A DNA stretch of 64,000 nt from positions 132,911-196,910 of the forward strand of contig JAFQCG010000003.1 of assembly GCA_017416535.1 (NCBI GenBank), read 5' to 3'. The position numbers and the translations under genes are program-made. The DNA comes from Bacilli bacterium. GTDB taxonomy: Bacteria > Bacillota_I > Bacilli_A > RF39 > UBA660. Shown here piece by piece: positions 49,203-59,209 of this stretch (positions are counted from its first letter, which is position 1; every line of letters starts with the position of its first letter). Below the pieces are notes generated by a model, which saw only the letters and a list, made by a program, of their open reading frames with translations, was not told the DNA's origin and did no database searches.

Positions 49203-50528
49203 GTGGTGATGATGATGAAAAATATATCTATTTTACCTGCTGACACATACTCAGTAATTAATAAAACTGTAATAAATGATACTGATCGAAAAATAGTTTC
49301 GATGCTATATCAACCAATTATTGGATTTACGGCAGCATCATTGTATTTTACCTTATTAGATGACTTAGATAAATCGTCTTTAATGTCTGAAGATCAAACT
49401 CATCATCATTTAATGGCTACAATGCAATTAAAATTAGAAGATATAGTAATTGCAAGAGAAAAATTAGAAGGAGTAGGATTAATTAAAACATACCTAAAAA
49501 AGGGTACAATTAATAATTATGTTTATTTAGTATTCTCCCCAATTTCAGCAAGTGATTTTTTCAATCATCCAATATTAAATATTGTTCTATATAATAATCT
49601 TGGAAAAAAAGAGTATGAAAAATTACTTAATTACTATAAAATACCACGTATTAACCTAAAAGATTATGAAGAAATAACATGTAATTTTGATGATGTATTC
49701 ACTTCTGTTAGGGGAAATGTCATTGAAATGAACGAAGATATTACAAAAAGAGATTCAAATAACATTCAAATTAATAAGAGTGTAGATTTTAATCTATTAA
49801 TATCATCAATCCCAGAAAACATGATAAATGAAAAAACATTTAATAAAGATACAAGAGAACTTATTAATGCCTTAAGTTTTACATATAACTTAACTACATT
49901 AGATATGCAAAATCTAATTAGAAATTCCTTAAATGAAAAAGGTATGATAGACAAAACACTTCTTAGAAAAAGTTGCCGAGATTATTATCAATTTGATAAT
50001 AATGGTAATTTACCAACACTTATCTATAATAAACAACCAGATCATTTAAAGAAACCAACAGGTGATTCATCTAAATGGGGAAGAATGGTTTATGCCTTTG
50101 AAAATCTAACTCCATACCAGTTCTTAAAAGCTAAATATAAGGGAGCAGAACCTACAGATAGAGATAAACGATTAATAGAAAGTTTACTTGTAGATCAAAA
50201 AATGAATCCCGGTGTTGTTAATGTATTAATTGCCTATGTTTTAAAAATAAACAATGAACAATTAAAAAAGAGTTATGTAGAAACAATTGCAGGTCAATGG
50301 AAAAGATTAAACATTGAAACAGTAGAAGAAGCGATGCGTTCAACAGAAAAAGAACACAAAAAATTAAAGAAAAAATTATCAGAAAGCAAGCAAACAGCAC
50401 CAAGAAAAACAAAAACAGAAAATTCTGTACCAGCATGGTTTGATAAAGAGCAAAATGCAGAGACTCCATCAGAAACAGATAGAGTAGCATTTGATGAATT
50501 AGATAAAATATTAGAAGAACTTGTCTAA
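49203..50528 (+). CDS. replication initiation and membrane attachment protein (DnaB/DnaD family)
   Basis: N-terminal DnaB_2-like region. C-terminal DDBH2 motif YVETIAGQWKR. Confidence 0.55.
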   Translation: MVMMMKNISILPADTYSVINKTVINDTDRKIVSMLYQPIIGFTAASLYFTLLDDLDKSSLMSEDQTHHHLMATMQLKLEDIVIAREKLEGVGLIKTYLKKGTINNYVYLVFSPISASDFFNHPILNIVLYNNLGKKEYEKLLNYYKIPRINLKDYEEITCNFDDVFTSVRGNVIEMNEDITKRDSNNIQINKSVDFNLLISSIPENMINEKTFNKDTRELINALSFTYNLTTLDMQNLIRNSLNEKGMIDKTLLRKSCRDYYQFDNNGNLPTLIYNKQPDHLKKPTGDSSKWGRMVYAFENLTPYQFLKAKYKGAEPTDRDKRLIESLLVDQKMNPGVVNVLIAYVLKINNEQLKKSYVETIAGQWKRLNIETVEEAMRSTEKEHKKLKKKLSESKQTAPRKTKTENSVPAWFDKEQNAETPSETDRVAFDELDKILEELV

Positions 50529-50668
50529 TAAAACTATATATGATATACTACGCCTTACTTGCTGTAAACAAGAAATTAATACCTCAAATAATCTTGAAAT
50601 ATAATAACAATTTATGTTATCATTATAAGGTAGAATTTGTGTACAAAAACAAGTAAAGGAAGAAAAAA

Positions 50669-51169
50669 ATGAATAAATATAAAAATAGTGAGTTTCATAG
50701 AATTGTTAAACCTCTTTTAGACAACTGTCCATTTGAAGAAACAAAGAAAAGTAAACATCATGGTATAACAAGATATGAACATTCTATGAGAGTAGCATAC
50801 TTTTCATATATAGTTACAAAATTATTAAGATTAGATTATAAAGAAACAACAGAAGCAGCTTTACTTCATGATTTCTTTACTGACGAAGTAAAAGAAAAAA
50901 ATGGAATAGCTAGATTAAGACAACATCCATCTTGCGCAGTAGAAAATGCCAAAAAATATTTTGAATTAAGCGATAAACAAGAAGATATAATTAAAACACA
51001 TATGTTCCCAGTAACATTTACTCCACCAAAATATTTAGAAAGTTGGATAGTTGATTTAGTTGATGACGTTGCTTCTATTTATGAACGCGGAAAAACAATG
51101 AAACATGAAATTAAAACAGCAGTATCATTTGCCTTTGTTTTTCTAATTAACTATATAAAAATGCATTAA
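50669..51169 (+). CDS. HD-domain phosphohydrolase
   Basis: H..HS..VA ... LLHD metal-binding motifs, 166 aa. Confidence 0.65.
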   Translation: MNKYKNSEFHRIVKPLLDNCPFEETKKSKHHGITRYEHSMRVAYFSYIVTKLLRLDYKETTEAALLHDFFTDEVKEKNGIARLRQHPSCAVENAKKYFELSDKQEDIIKTHMFPVTFTPPKYLESWIVDLVDDVASIYERGKTMKHEIKTAVSFAFVFLINYIKMH

Positions 51170-51177
51170 AAGGAGCA

Positions 51178-51208
51178 AAGCTACATTGCTCCTTTTTTAG
51201 AACAAAAG
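51178..51208 (+). terminator. Rho-independent terminator
   Basis: aaaggagcaa-agctaca-ttgctccttt plus T6. Confidence 0.6.
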
Positions 51209-51222
51209 AAAGGACTGATAAA

Positions 51223-52842
51223 ATGAAAAAGACATTTATTTTCGGACACAAAAAACCTGATACAGATTCAGTTATGTCAGCAATTGCCTTATCACATTTA
51301 AAAAATGAGTTAGGTGATATAACAGAACCAAGAATATTAGGTGCTATTAATAAAGAAACAGAATATGCCTTAAATTATTTTGATTTAAAAACACCACAAT
51401 ATTTAAATGATGTAAAATTACAATTAAAAGATGTTAATTTTCATAAAGGTTTCTTAATAAAAGAAACAGATTCTATTTATAACGGGTATCAATATATGTT
51501 AAGAGAAGGCCTTACTGGACTTCCTGTAGTAAAAGAAAATGGTGAATTTAAAGGACTAATTACCATTAAAGATTTATCTCATACAATGATTAATGAAAAT
51601 GTAGACGATCTATATACATCATATAATAATTTATTAGAAGTATTAAAAGCAGAAGAAATATTAAGATTTAATGATGAAATTGTTGGTAAAACATTAGTTG
51701 CATCATATAGAAGTACAACATTTATGGAAAATGTTAAACTAGAAAAGAATATGATTCTAATAGTAGGAGACAGACATAGTATTATCGAATATGCAGTTGA
51801 GTCAGGAATTAAATTACTAATAATCTCAAGTGATGCAGAAATTAAAGAAAAACATATTGAAATTGCAAGACAAAACAAAGTAAATATTATGCGTACTGCA
51901 TATGATACATATCACATAGCTAAACTTCTTACGTTAACAAACTACATAAAAACAATGATTAGAAGTTATAATCCAACAAAATTTGAAAATACAGAATTTG
52001 TAGATACAGTTATTGAAATAAATAATAAATTAAAACATACAAACTATCCAATAGTAGATAAGAAAAATAAATGTTTAGGTTTATTACGAATTACAGATTT
52101 AAATGAAAAAAATCCAAAGAAAGTAATATTAGTTGACCATAATGAAAAGCTTCAAAGTGTAGAAGGAATTGATGAAGCTGAAATTCTAGAAATAATTGAT
52201 CATCATAACTTAGGAAGTATTACAACAAATACACCAATTAACTTTAGAAACATGGCTGTTGGTTCAACATGTACAATTGTATATACCTTATTTAAAGAAC
52301 GTGAAATAAAGATACCAAAACATATTGCCGGTGCTTTATTATCAGGAATCTTATCAGATACCTTAATATTAAAAAGTCCAACAGCAACAACAAAAGATAT
52401 AGCCGCTGTACAAGAACTAGCGATTCTTGCAGATGTAGATTATGTTGATTATGGTATGTCTATGTTAAAAGCAGGAACATCTCTAGCTGGTATGTCCAAA
52501 GAAGATGTATTATATAACGACTTTAAACTATATACAGTAAATGAAAAAACATTTGCAGTAGGACAATTCTTTACAATGAACTTTGAGGAAATTGAAAAAG
52601 AAATAGATCAATATATCCATGTATTAGATGAAGTTGCTGAAGCAAACAACTATAAATTAGTAACGCTATTTGTAACAGATATTATTAATAATGGTAGTTA
52701 TGTAATTTATAATACAAAAGGACAAGATATTATATCTTTAGCCTATGAAAAAGAAAATATTAAACAAGGACAATTCATTAGAAATTGTGTATCACGTAAA
52801 AAACATGTTGTACCAATGATTATGGATGTTCTAGAAGGATAG
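51223..52842 (+). CDS. ppaC: CBS-domain-containing family II (DHH/DHHA2) inorganic pyrophosphatase
   Basis: IFGHKKPDTDSVMSAIA DHH motif; inserted CBS pair; C-terminal DHHA2. Confidence 0.75.
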   Translation: MKKTFIFGHKKPDTDSVMSAIALSHLKNELGDITEPRILGAINKETEYALNYFDLKTPQYLNDVKLQLKDVNFHKGFLIKETDSIYNGYQYMLREGLTGLPVVKENGEFKGLITIKDLSHTMINENVDDLYTSYNNLLEVLKAEEILRFNDEIVGKTLVASYRSTTFMENVKLEKNMILIVGDRHSIIEYAVESGIKLLIISSDAEIKEKHIEIARQNKVNIMRTAYDTYHIAKLLTLTNYIKTMIRSYNPTKFENTEFVDTVIEINNKLKHTNYPIVDKKNKCLGLLRITDLNEKNPKKVILVDHNEKLQSVEGIDEAEILEIIDHHNLGSITTNTPINFRNMAVGSTCTIVYTLFKEREIKIPKHIAGALLSGILSDTLILKSPTATTKDIAAVQELAILADVDYVDYGMSMLKAGTSLAGMSKEDVLYNDFKLYTVNEKTFAVGQFFTMNFEEIEKEIDQYIHVLDEVAEANNYKLVTLFVTDIINNGSYVIYNTKGQDIISLAYEKENIKQGQFIRNCVSRKKHVVPMIMDVLEG

Positions 52843-52850
52843 GTGAAATT

Positions 52851-53690
52851 ATGAAAAATAATATTATTTTAATAATAAAAGGATTTCTTTTAGGAATAGC
52901 AAATATTATTCCAGGTGTAAGTGGTGGAACACTTGCTATGACATTAGGAATCTATCAAGATTTAATAGGAGCAATTTCTCATTTCTTTAAAAAACTAAAG
53001 AAAAACTTAAAACTATTAATTCCACTAGGAATTGGAATGGTAGCAGCAATTTTATTAGGAAGTAAAGTTATTACATATTGTTTAGATAAATTCCCATTCC
53101 CAACAACATTATTCTTTATAGGGTTAATAGTAGGTGGTATTCCACTTCTTACAAAAAGAGTAAAAGGTAAAAAACTAAAACCAATAAATATTGCCTCATT
53201 CTTATTACCATTTAGTATTGTAATGATAATGACACTTTTAAATCCTGGAAACAACATTGTTGATTTATCAACAATTAATGTAATAAAATTCTTATTACTA
53301 ATAGTAATTGGTATGATAGCAGCAGCTACAATGGTTATTCCAGGAGTAAGTGGATCATTTGTATTAATGCTACTTGGATTTTACAAACCAATAGTTGGAA
53401 CAATTGGTAATTTAACTGATTTTTCACAATTAGGACATAATTTCTTAGTACTTGCACCATTTGGAATAGGAGTCTTAATAGGAATTGTTCTAATAGCTAA
53501 ATTAATTGAATACTTATTAGAAAAACATGAAATTCCAACATACTTTGCAATTATCGGATTTGTTACAGCAAGTGTGCTAGGATTAGGAATTGGTTTAGCA
53601 AGTGAAGTAACAACAACACTACAAATACTAGTAGGAATAGTATTATTTATAATTTCATTCATAATAGGTTATAAGTTAGGAGATGAGTAG
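52851..53690 (+). CDS. DUF368 family membrane protein (PopT-like putative undecaprenyl-phosphate translocase)
   Basis: Two internal repeats each with a PGVSG(G/S) motif; 279 aa polytopic; adjacent to uppP. Confidence 0.55.
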   Translation: MKNNIILIIKGFLLGIANIIPGVSGGTLAMTLGIYQDLIGAISHFFKKLKKNLKLLIPLGIGMVAAILLGSKVITYCLDKFPFPTTLFFIGLIVGGIPLLTKRVKGKKLKPINIASFLLPFSIVMIMTLLNPGNNIVDLSTINVIKFLLLIVIGMIAAATMVIPGVSGSFVLMLLGFYKPIVGTIGNLTDFSQLGHNFLVLAPFGIGVLIGIVLIAKLIEYLLEKHEIPTYFAIIGFVTASVLGLGIGLASEVTTTLQILVGIVLFIISFIIGYKLGDE

Positions 53691-54503
53691 ATGAGCATAT
53701 TAGAAATTATTATTTTAGGATTAGTACAAGGAATAGCAGAATTCCTCCCAATTTCATCATCTGCTCATTTAATTATATTTAGAGATTTATTTGGTATTGG
53801 AGCATCAATGCCAAAAGATATGGCTCTATCATTTGATATAGCTCTTCATTTTGGTACATTACTTGCAATTGGAATTTATTTCTTTAAAGACTTTATTGAC
53901 ATGATAATAAAAGGTTTTACAAAAGGAGTTAAAGATGACCAAGGTAAAATACTATGGTATTTAGTAGCTGCCACAATACCAGCTGCAATAGCAGGATTAT
54001 TATTTGAAGATGTAATTGAAAAATTAATTAGAAACAACTTCTATATAATTGCAGCCGCTTTAGCAATCATGGGAGTACTAATTTATCTAGCTGATAAATA
54101 TTGCAAAAATAATAGAAAAATAAAAGATTTAAAATTAAAGGATGCACTTATTATTGGATGTTCCCAAGTACTTGCATTAATACCAGGATTTTCTCGTAGT
54201 GGAACAACAATCGCAGCTGCAAGAACATTAGGTATTGAAAGAGAAAATGCCGCAAAATTCTCATTCTTCTTATCAGCTCCTGTAGTATGCGGGGCAGTAG
54301 TATTAGAATTACTTGATAAAGCAACATGGGCAGTTATAATAGCTGAACCACTTACATTTATTCTAGGAATATTTATTTCCTTTATAATTGGACTACTATG
54401 TATTAAGTATTTACTAAAATACTTACAAAAACACAACTTTAAAGTGTTTATGATCTATAGAATAGTCATGGCAATAATTGTATTATTATGCACAATATTT
54501 TAG
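53691..54503 (+). CDS. uppP: undecaprenyl-diphosphate phosphatase
   Basis: LPISSSAHL and PGFSRSGTT signature motifs, 270 aa. Confidence 0.85.
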   Translation: MSILEIIILGLVQGIAEFLPISSSAHLIIFRDLFGIGASMPKDMALSFDIALHFGTLLAIGIYFFKDFIDMIIKGFTKGVKDDQGKILWYLVAATIPAAIAGLLFEDVIEKLIRNNFYIIAAALAIMGVLIYLADKYCKNNRKIKDLKLKDALIIGCSQVLALIPGFSRSGTTIAAARTLGIERENAAKFSFFLSAPVVCGAVVLELLDKATWAVIIAEPLTFILGIFISFIIGLLCIKYLLKYLQKHNFKVFMIYRIVMAIIVLLCTIF

Positions 54504-54512
54504 GAGGATAAT

Positions 54513-55271
54513 ATGGATAGCGCAAAATTAGGATTACTAACAACATTATTATTAGGTGTATTTATTATAATAGGAGCCCTAGTAGCTTTCTTAATTAAAA
54601 GAAAAGAACGTGTAGTAGACTTTTCATTAGGACTTGCTTTTGGTGTAATTGTAATGTTAATACTTACACATATGTTACCAGAAACAATTGAACTACTTGG
54701 ACTTAAATATATCTTTATATTCTTAATATTTACAATTCTTGGATATATGATATTAAGATTACTTGATAATTTTATTCCTGATCATGATGATGATGGAAAA
54801 GGAATGGATAAAGAAGAATTAAAAGAAAACCTAATTCATATTGGTGTAATTACATCAATAGCTTTAGTTCTTCATAATGTAATTGAAGGAATGGCAGTAT
54901 ATTCAACAGTACTATCTGATGCTTCATTAGGGTTAGCTGTTACACTAGGTATAGGATTCCATAACATTCCACTAGGAATGGTTATTGCAGGAACATTCTA
55001 TCAAAGTAATGAAAACATTTATAAATCTATATTAAGTATTTTATTTGTCTCTCTATCAACTTTTGCTGGAGGACTAATAATGTTCTTCTTAGGATTAAGT
55101 TCAATATCTCCAATAATTTCAGGAATACTATTATCAGTAACATTAGGTATGTTAATATTTATCTCAATGACTGAATTACTTCCAAGAATAAAAAATACTA
55201 AAAACAAAAAAGTAACATATCTTGGAATTACAATAGGAGTTATTATTCAATTAATCGCCTTATTTATATAG
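54513..55271 (+). CDS. ZIP family metal (zinc) transporter
   Basis: HNVIEGMAV and GFHNIPLG ZIP signatures; His/Asp-rich loop. Confidence 0.75.
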   Translation: MDSAKLGLLTTLLLGVFIIIGALVAFLIKRKERVVDFSLGLAFGVIVMLILTHMLPETIELLGLKYIFIFLIFTILGYMILRLLDNFIPDHDDDGKGMDKEELKENLIHIGVITSIALVLHNVIEGMAVYSTVLSDASLGLAVTLGIGFHNIPLGMVIAGTFYQSNENIYKSILSILFVSLSTFAGGLIMFFLGLSSISPIISGILLSVTLGMLIFISMTELLPRIKNTKNKKVTYLGITIGVIIQLIALFI

Positions 55272-55330
55272 TTATTTGACAAACATAATTTAACTAGATA
55301 AAATAAGAATGAAGAATAAGAGGAGTTACT

Positions 55331-55480
55331 ATGAAAAAAGGAAAAGTAAAACCAAACTTAGCAGGAATATTATTAATAGTACTAGGAGTTATTATAATAG
55401 TATTAGCAATACTATTCTTCGCAGTAGACCCAACTAAAAACAATCAAAGTATAAGCTTTGAACAACGTCTAGCAATCTAA
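55331..55480 (+). CDS. small (49 aa) single-TM protein
   Basis: RBS agaggag 5 nt before the ATG; one hydrophobic helix; own terminator at 55479-55503. Confidence 0.3.
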   Translation: MKKGKVKPNLAGILLIVLGVIIIVLAILFFAVDPTKNNQSISFEQRLAI

Positions 55481-55503
55481 GATATCGCAAGATATCTTTT
55501 TTT
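55479..55503 (+). terminator. Rho-independent terminator
   Basis: agatatc-gca-agatatct hairpin plus T7. Confidence 0.55.
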
Positions 55504-55578
55504 GTGTAAACCAAATATAAAACATCGTGCTTATTATAAATAAATATGTTATCATTATAGTATATAATAGGAGGAAAT

Positions 55579-56952
55579 ATGAGAATAAAAGAGGATATAA
55601 ATACTAATATATTCAGGGGTTATGACATAAGAGGTCTTGTACCAGAAGAATTAGATATGGATACAGCTTATACCATAGGATTAGGTTTTGGTACATATAT
55701 TAAACAATTAGGTAAAACAACATGTATAGTAGGATATGATAATAGATTAAGCAGTCCTGAATTAAGTAGTGCCTTAATGACTGGTATTAAAGAAACAGGA
55801 ATAAATATTATTTCCTTAGGACTAGTAACAACACCGATGTATTATTATGCGTGTATAAAATTAAAAATATATAGTGGAGTAATGGTAACTGCTTCACATA
55901 ATCCAAAAGATGATAATGGATTTAAATTTGCATTTGATGAGAGCGGGAATTGTAAAGGACAAGAAATTCAAGATTTCTTAGCTTTTATTCAAAAGAAAGA
56001 ATTCGCAAAAGGTAATGGTACAATCACTAGATATGACATTAGAGAAGATTATCTAGAATTATTTAGAACTAATCTAAAATTTGGTGATAGAAAAGTAAAA
56101 GTTGTAATTGATCCAGGAAACGGAACAACATCAGTAATAGCAAAAGAATTATATGAAATGTTCCCAATTGAACTAATCACAATTAATGATGACAGTGATG
56201 GAACATTCCCAAATCACCATCCAGATCCATGTATTGAAGATAACTTAGAAATGCTAAAGAAAAAGGTTATAGAAACAAATGCTGATCTAGGATTAGGATT
56301 TGATGGAGACGGAGATCGTATGGGATTAATTTCAAATTCAACAAAATTCATCCCAACAGATTATTATATGATTATAATAATCAGAGATATTATTAATAAG
56401 GTAGAAAATAAAAAATTCTTATTTGATGTCAAATGTTCAAAATCATTAAGTGATGAAATAGAAAAACTGGGCGGAGAATCAATGTGCTATAGAACAGGGA
56501 ACTCTTACACAAAAGCAGCAGTAAGAGATAATAATCTTCCATTTGGTGGAGAATTATCTGGACATGTATACTATAGAGATAGATTCCCAGGATTTGATTC
56601 AGGATTATATGCAGGACTACGTCTATTAGAAATCTTATCTCATACTGATAAAACAGTTGATGAACTATTAGAAGGTATCACAACATACCATTCAACAGAT
56701 GAGTTAAAATTCAAAAGCCCTGATGATATTAAATTTAAAGTAATTGAAAAAACAGAAGAATATGCAAAAGAAAAAAATTACAAATATCTAAATATTGATG
56801 GAGTAAAAGTTCTATTTGATGATGGATGGGCTCTTGTTAGAGCATCAAATACTGGACCAAATGTTACAGCTAGATTTGAAGCTAGAACAGAAGAAAGACT
56901 AGAAGAAATTCAAAATGAATTTATAAGTTTAATAGAAAAATTAAATAATTAA
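55579..56952 (+). CDS. alpha-D-phosphohexomutase (phosphoglucomutase/phosphomannomutase)
   Basis: TASHNPKDDNGFKF active-site serine loop; GFDGDGDR metal loop. Confidence 0.8.
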   Translation: MRIKEDINTNIFRGYDIRGLVPEELDMDTAYTIGLGFGTYIKQLGKTTCIVGYDNRLSSPELSSALMTGIKETGINIISLGLVTTPMYYYACIKLKIYSGVMVTASHNPKDDNGFKFAFDESGNCKGQEIQDFLAFIQKKEFAKGNGTITRYDIREDYLELFRTNLKFGDRKVKVVIDPGNGTTSVIAKELYEMFPIELITINDDSDGTFPNHHPDPCIEDNLEMLKKKVIETNADLGLGFDGDGDRMGLISNSTKFIPTDYYMIIIIRDIINKVENKKFLFDVKCSKSLSDEIEKLGGESMCYRTGNSYTKAAVRDNNLPFGGELSGHVYYRDRFPGFDSGLYAGLRLLEILSHTDKTVDELLEGITTYHSTDELKFKSPDDIKFKVIEKTEEYAKEKNYKYLNIDGVKVLFDDGWALVRASNTGPNVTARFEARTEERLEEIQNEFISLIEKLNN

Positions 56953-57096
56953 AAATAAAACTTGCGCCACATAAAAAACTATGTTATATTGATTAGGACG
57001 TTTTCTTGAAAAAATTATACATTACAACAAGTCCTGCATAATATAAATGTAGTTTTTTTGCTTGCTTAGTTTTAAATGAAAAATAAGGAGGTAAAT

Positions 57097-59130
57097 ATGG
57101 CAATTAGTGAAGTAGAATTCCAAAAAGAAAAAAAGATCTTGAAGAAAGTACAAAAGTTATTAGGAGAAACATTATCAGAATTAGGTGATGATGTATACCA
57201 AGATGAAGAAAACTTGCTAGAATTTAAAAAAATGATGTGGGAGAACTCCACAAGTTTTGACGAAGCAGAAATGCGACAAGTAATGGCAGCAACATCATTA
57301 GAGGCAGAAAAAGCCCTACAAAAACAACGCCGTTTCAAAAAACTTTGTCAAATTAAAAATAAACCTTATTTCGCATCAATTGTTTTTAAAGATGATGAAT
57401 CAGGAAAATTATTTAATATATATATTTCTCTAACATATCTTAAAGACAAAGAATTAAATAATATTTTATATGACTGGAGAAGTCCAATATGTAGTTTGTT
57501 TTATGACTATGAAACTGGTCCATGTGAATATAAAGCGCCAGGTGGTATATACACAGGTGAATTAAAAAGAAAAAGACAATATAAAATAGAAAACAATCAA
57601 TTAGTTGGAGTATTTGATAACTCACTAAACATTGATGATGAAGTATTACAAGAAGTTCTAGCAAACGAATCAAGTGATAAAATGAAAAATGTTGTTAATA
57701 CAATTCAACAAGAACAAAACAAAGTAATTCGTAACTTAGAAGATAATAACTTAATAGTTCAAGGAATTGCTGGTTCTGGAAAAACAACAGTTGCTCTACA
57801 TAGAATAGCATTTCTTCTATATCAATTAGAAAGACTTTCGAGTAATAACATACTTATCTTTTCACCAAACAATGTCTTTACAGAATATATTTCAGACGTA
57901 TTACCATCCTTAGGAGAAGCAAATACACTACAAACAACATTTGCTGATTATATGTCAGCATTCATAAAAGAATATAAAGATGTAGAAACATTTACAGACT
58001 TTGTATCAAGATATTATACATATCAAGAAACATACCCAGAACTTGTAAAATATAAACAAAGTGATGAAATAATAAAAGACTTAGATGCTTACCTAGAAGA
58101 TTACATAAAAAATTGTAAATACATATCATCATTTACAGAAAATGAAATAAACCACGTAGATAAAGATGAACTAAATGAAATGTTACATTATAAATATGAT
58201 CGACTACCATTATTTGAAAGAACAGAAGAAATTGCAAAAAAATTATCATCTAATTTTTATAAAGGTAGTGGCAAGAAAAATAAGACATTTGGTAAATTAC
58301 TAAGAGAAAATTCAAACTTTGTAAAAGATTATAAAGAAATATACAAAAACTTCTGGAAAAGTGAATTCACTAAAATGCCTCTTCCAGACACAATAATAAA
58401 AAGTTTTGTAAATAAAGATATAATTAATTATGAAGATGCACTTTTATTTGCATATATAAAAGGAAATCTAGAAGGATTCATTTATGAAGCAAATATAAAA
58501 CAAGTTATTATTGATGAAGCACAAGACTATAATAGACTTCAATATATAATTATATCTAAAATATTCCAAAGAGCAGACTTCACAATACTTGGAGATATTA
58601 ATCAAAATATTAATCCATATTATGCATATAATTCTTTAGAAGATCTACAGGATTTATTTAAAGGAGAAACAAAATACCTAGAGTTATTAAAAACATATCG
58701 TTCCTCTCCAGAAATAATTAATTATACAAATAAGATATTAAATTTAAAACATGTAAATGCAATTAGACGTGATAATAATAAACCAGTTGTTATAAGAAAA
58801 GGAATTAAGGATTTAAAAGAATCATTATTAAAAGATGTTAAAACACTACAAGAAACATATAAGTCTACAGCAATTATTACTAAAGATAATGTAGAAGCAG
58901 AAAAGTTATATAACTTATTAAAAGATGATTTAAATATTTCATTAGTAGAAGCGACATCTAAAAAATTCCATAAAGAATTAATTATTATTCCAGCATATAC
59001 AGCTAAAGGATTAGAGTTTGATAGTGTAATAATTTATAATGATAGAAATAATTCATATAAAGCAAACGAAAAAAATCTACTATATGTAGCATGTACAAGA
59101 TGTCAACATGAACTATATATTTACAATTAA
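57097..59130 (+). CDS. helD: UvrD-like helicase, HelD (helicase IV) family
   Basis: Walker A GIAGSGKTTVALHRIAFL, Walker B IIDEAQD. Start at 57097 after RBS aaggaggt. Confidence 0.65.
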   Translation: MAISEVEFQKEKKILKKVQKLLGETLSELGDDVYQDEENLLEFKKMMWENSTSFDEAEMRQVMAATSLEAEKALQKQRRFKKLCQIKNKPYFASIVFKDDESGKLFNIYISLTYLKDKELNNILYDWRSPICSLFYDYETGPCEYKAPGGIYTGELKRKRQYKIENNQLVGVFDNSLNIDDEVLQEVLANESSDKMKNVVNTIQQEQNKVIRNLEDNNLIVQGIAGSGKTTVALHRIAFLLYQLERLSSNNILIFSPNNVFTEYISDVLPSLGEANTLQTTFADYMSAFIKEYKDVETFTDFVSRYYTYQETYPELVKYKQSDEIIKDLDAYLEDYIKNCKYISSFTENEINHVDKDELNEMLHYKYDRLPLFERTEEIAKKLSSNFYKGSGKKNKTFGKLLRENSNFVKDYKEIYKNFWKSEFTKMPLPDTIIKSFVNKDIINYEDALLFAYIKGNLEGFIYEANIKQVIIDEAQDYNRLQYIIISKIFQRADFTILGDINQNINPYYAYNSLEDLQDLFKGETKYLELLKTYRSSPEIINYTNKILNLKHVNAIRRDNNKPVVIRKGIKDLKESLLKDVKTLQETYKSTAIITKDNVEAEKLYNLLKDDLNISLVEATSKKFHKELIIIPAYTAKGLEFDSVIIYNDRNNSYKANEKNLLYVACTRCQHELYIYN

Positions 59131-59152
59131 AGGAGTTATCTCCTTTTTTTTA
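59129..59152 (+). terminator. Rho-independent terminator
   Basis: aaaggagttatctccttt plus T8. Confidence 0.6.
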
Positions 59153-59209
59153 TTTCCAATAAAAATAAAATATGTTACAATATTAAAAGAATAGAAGAAG
59201 GTGACATAT

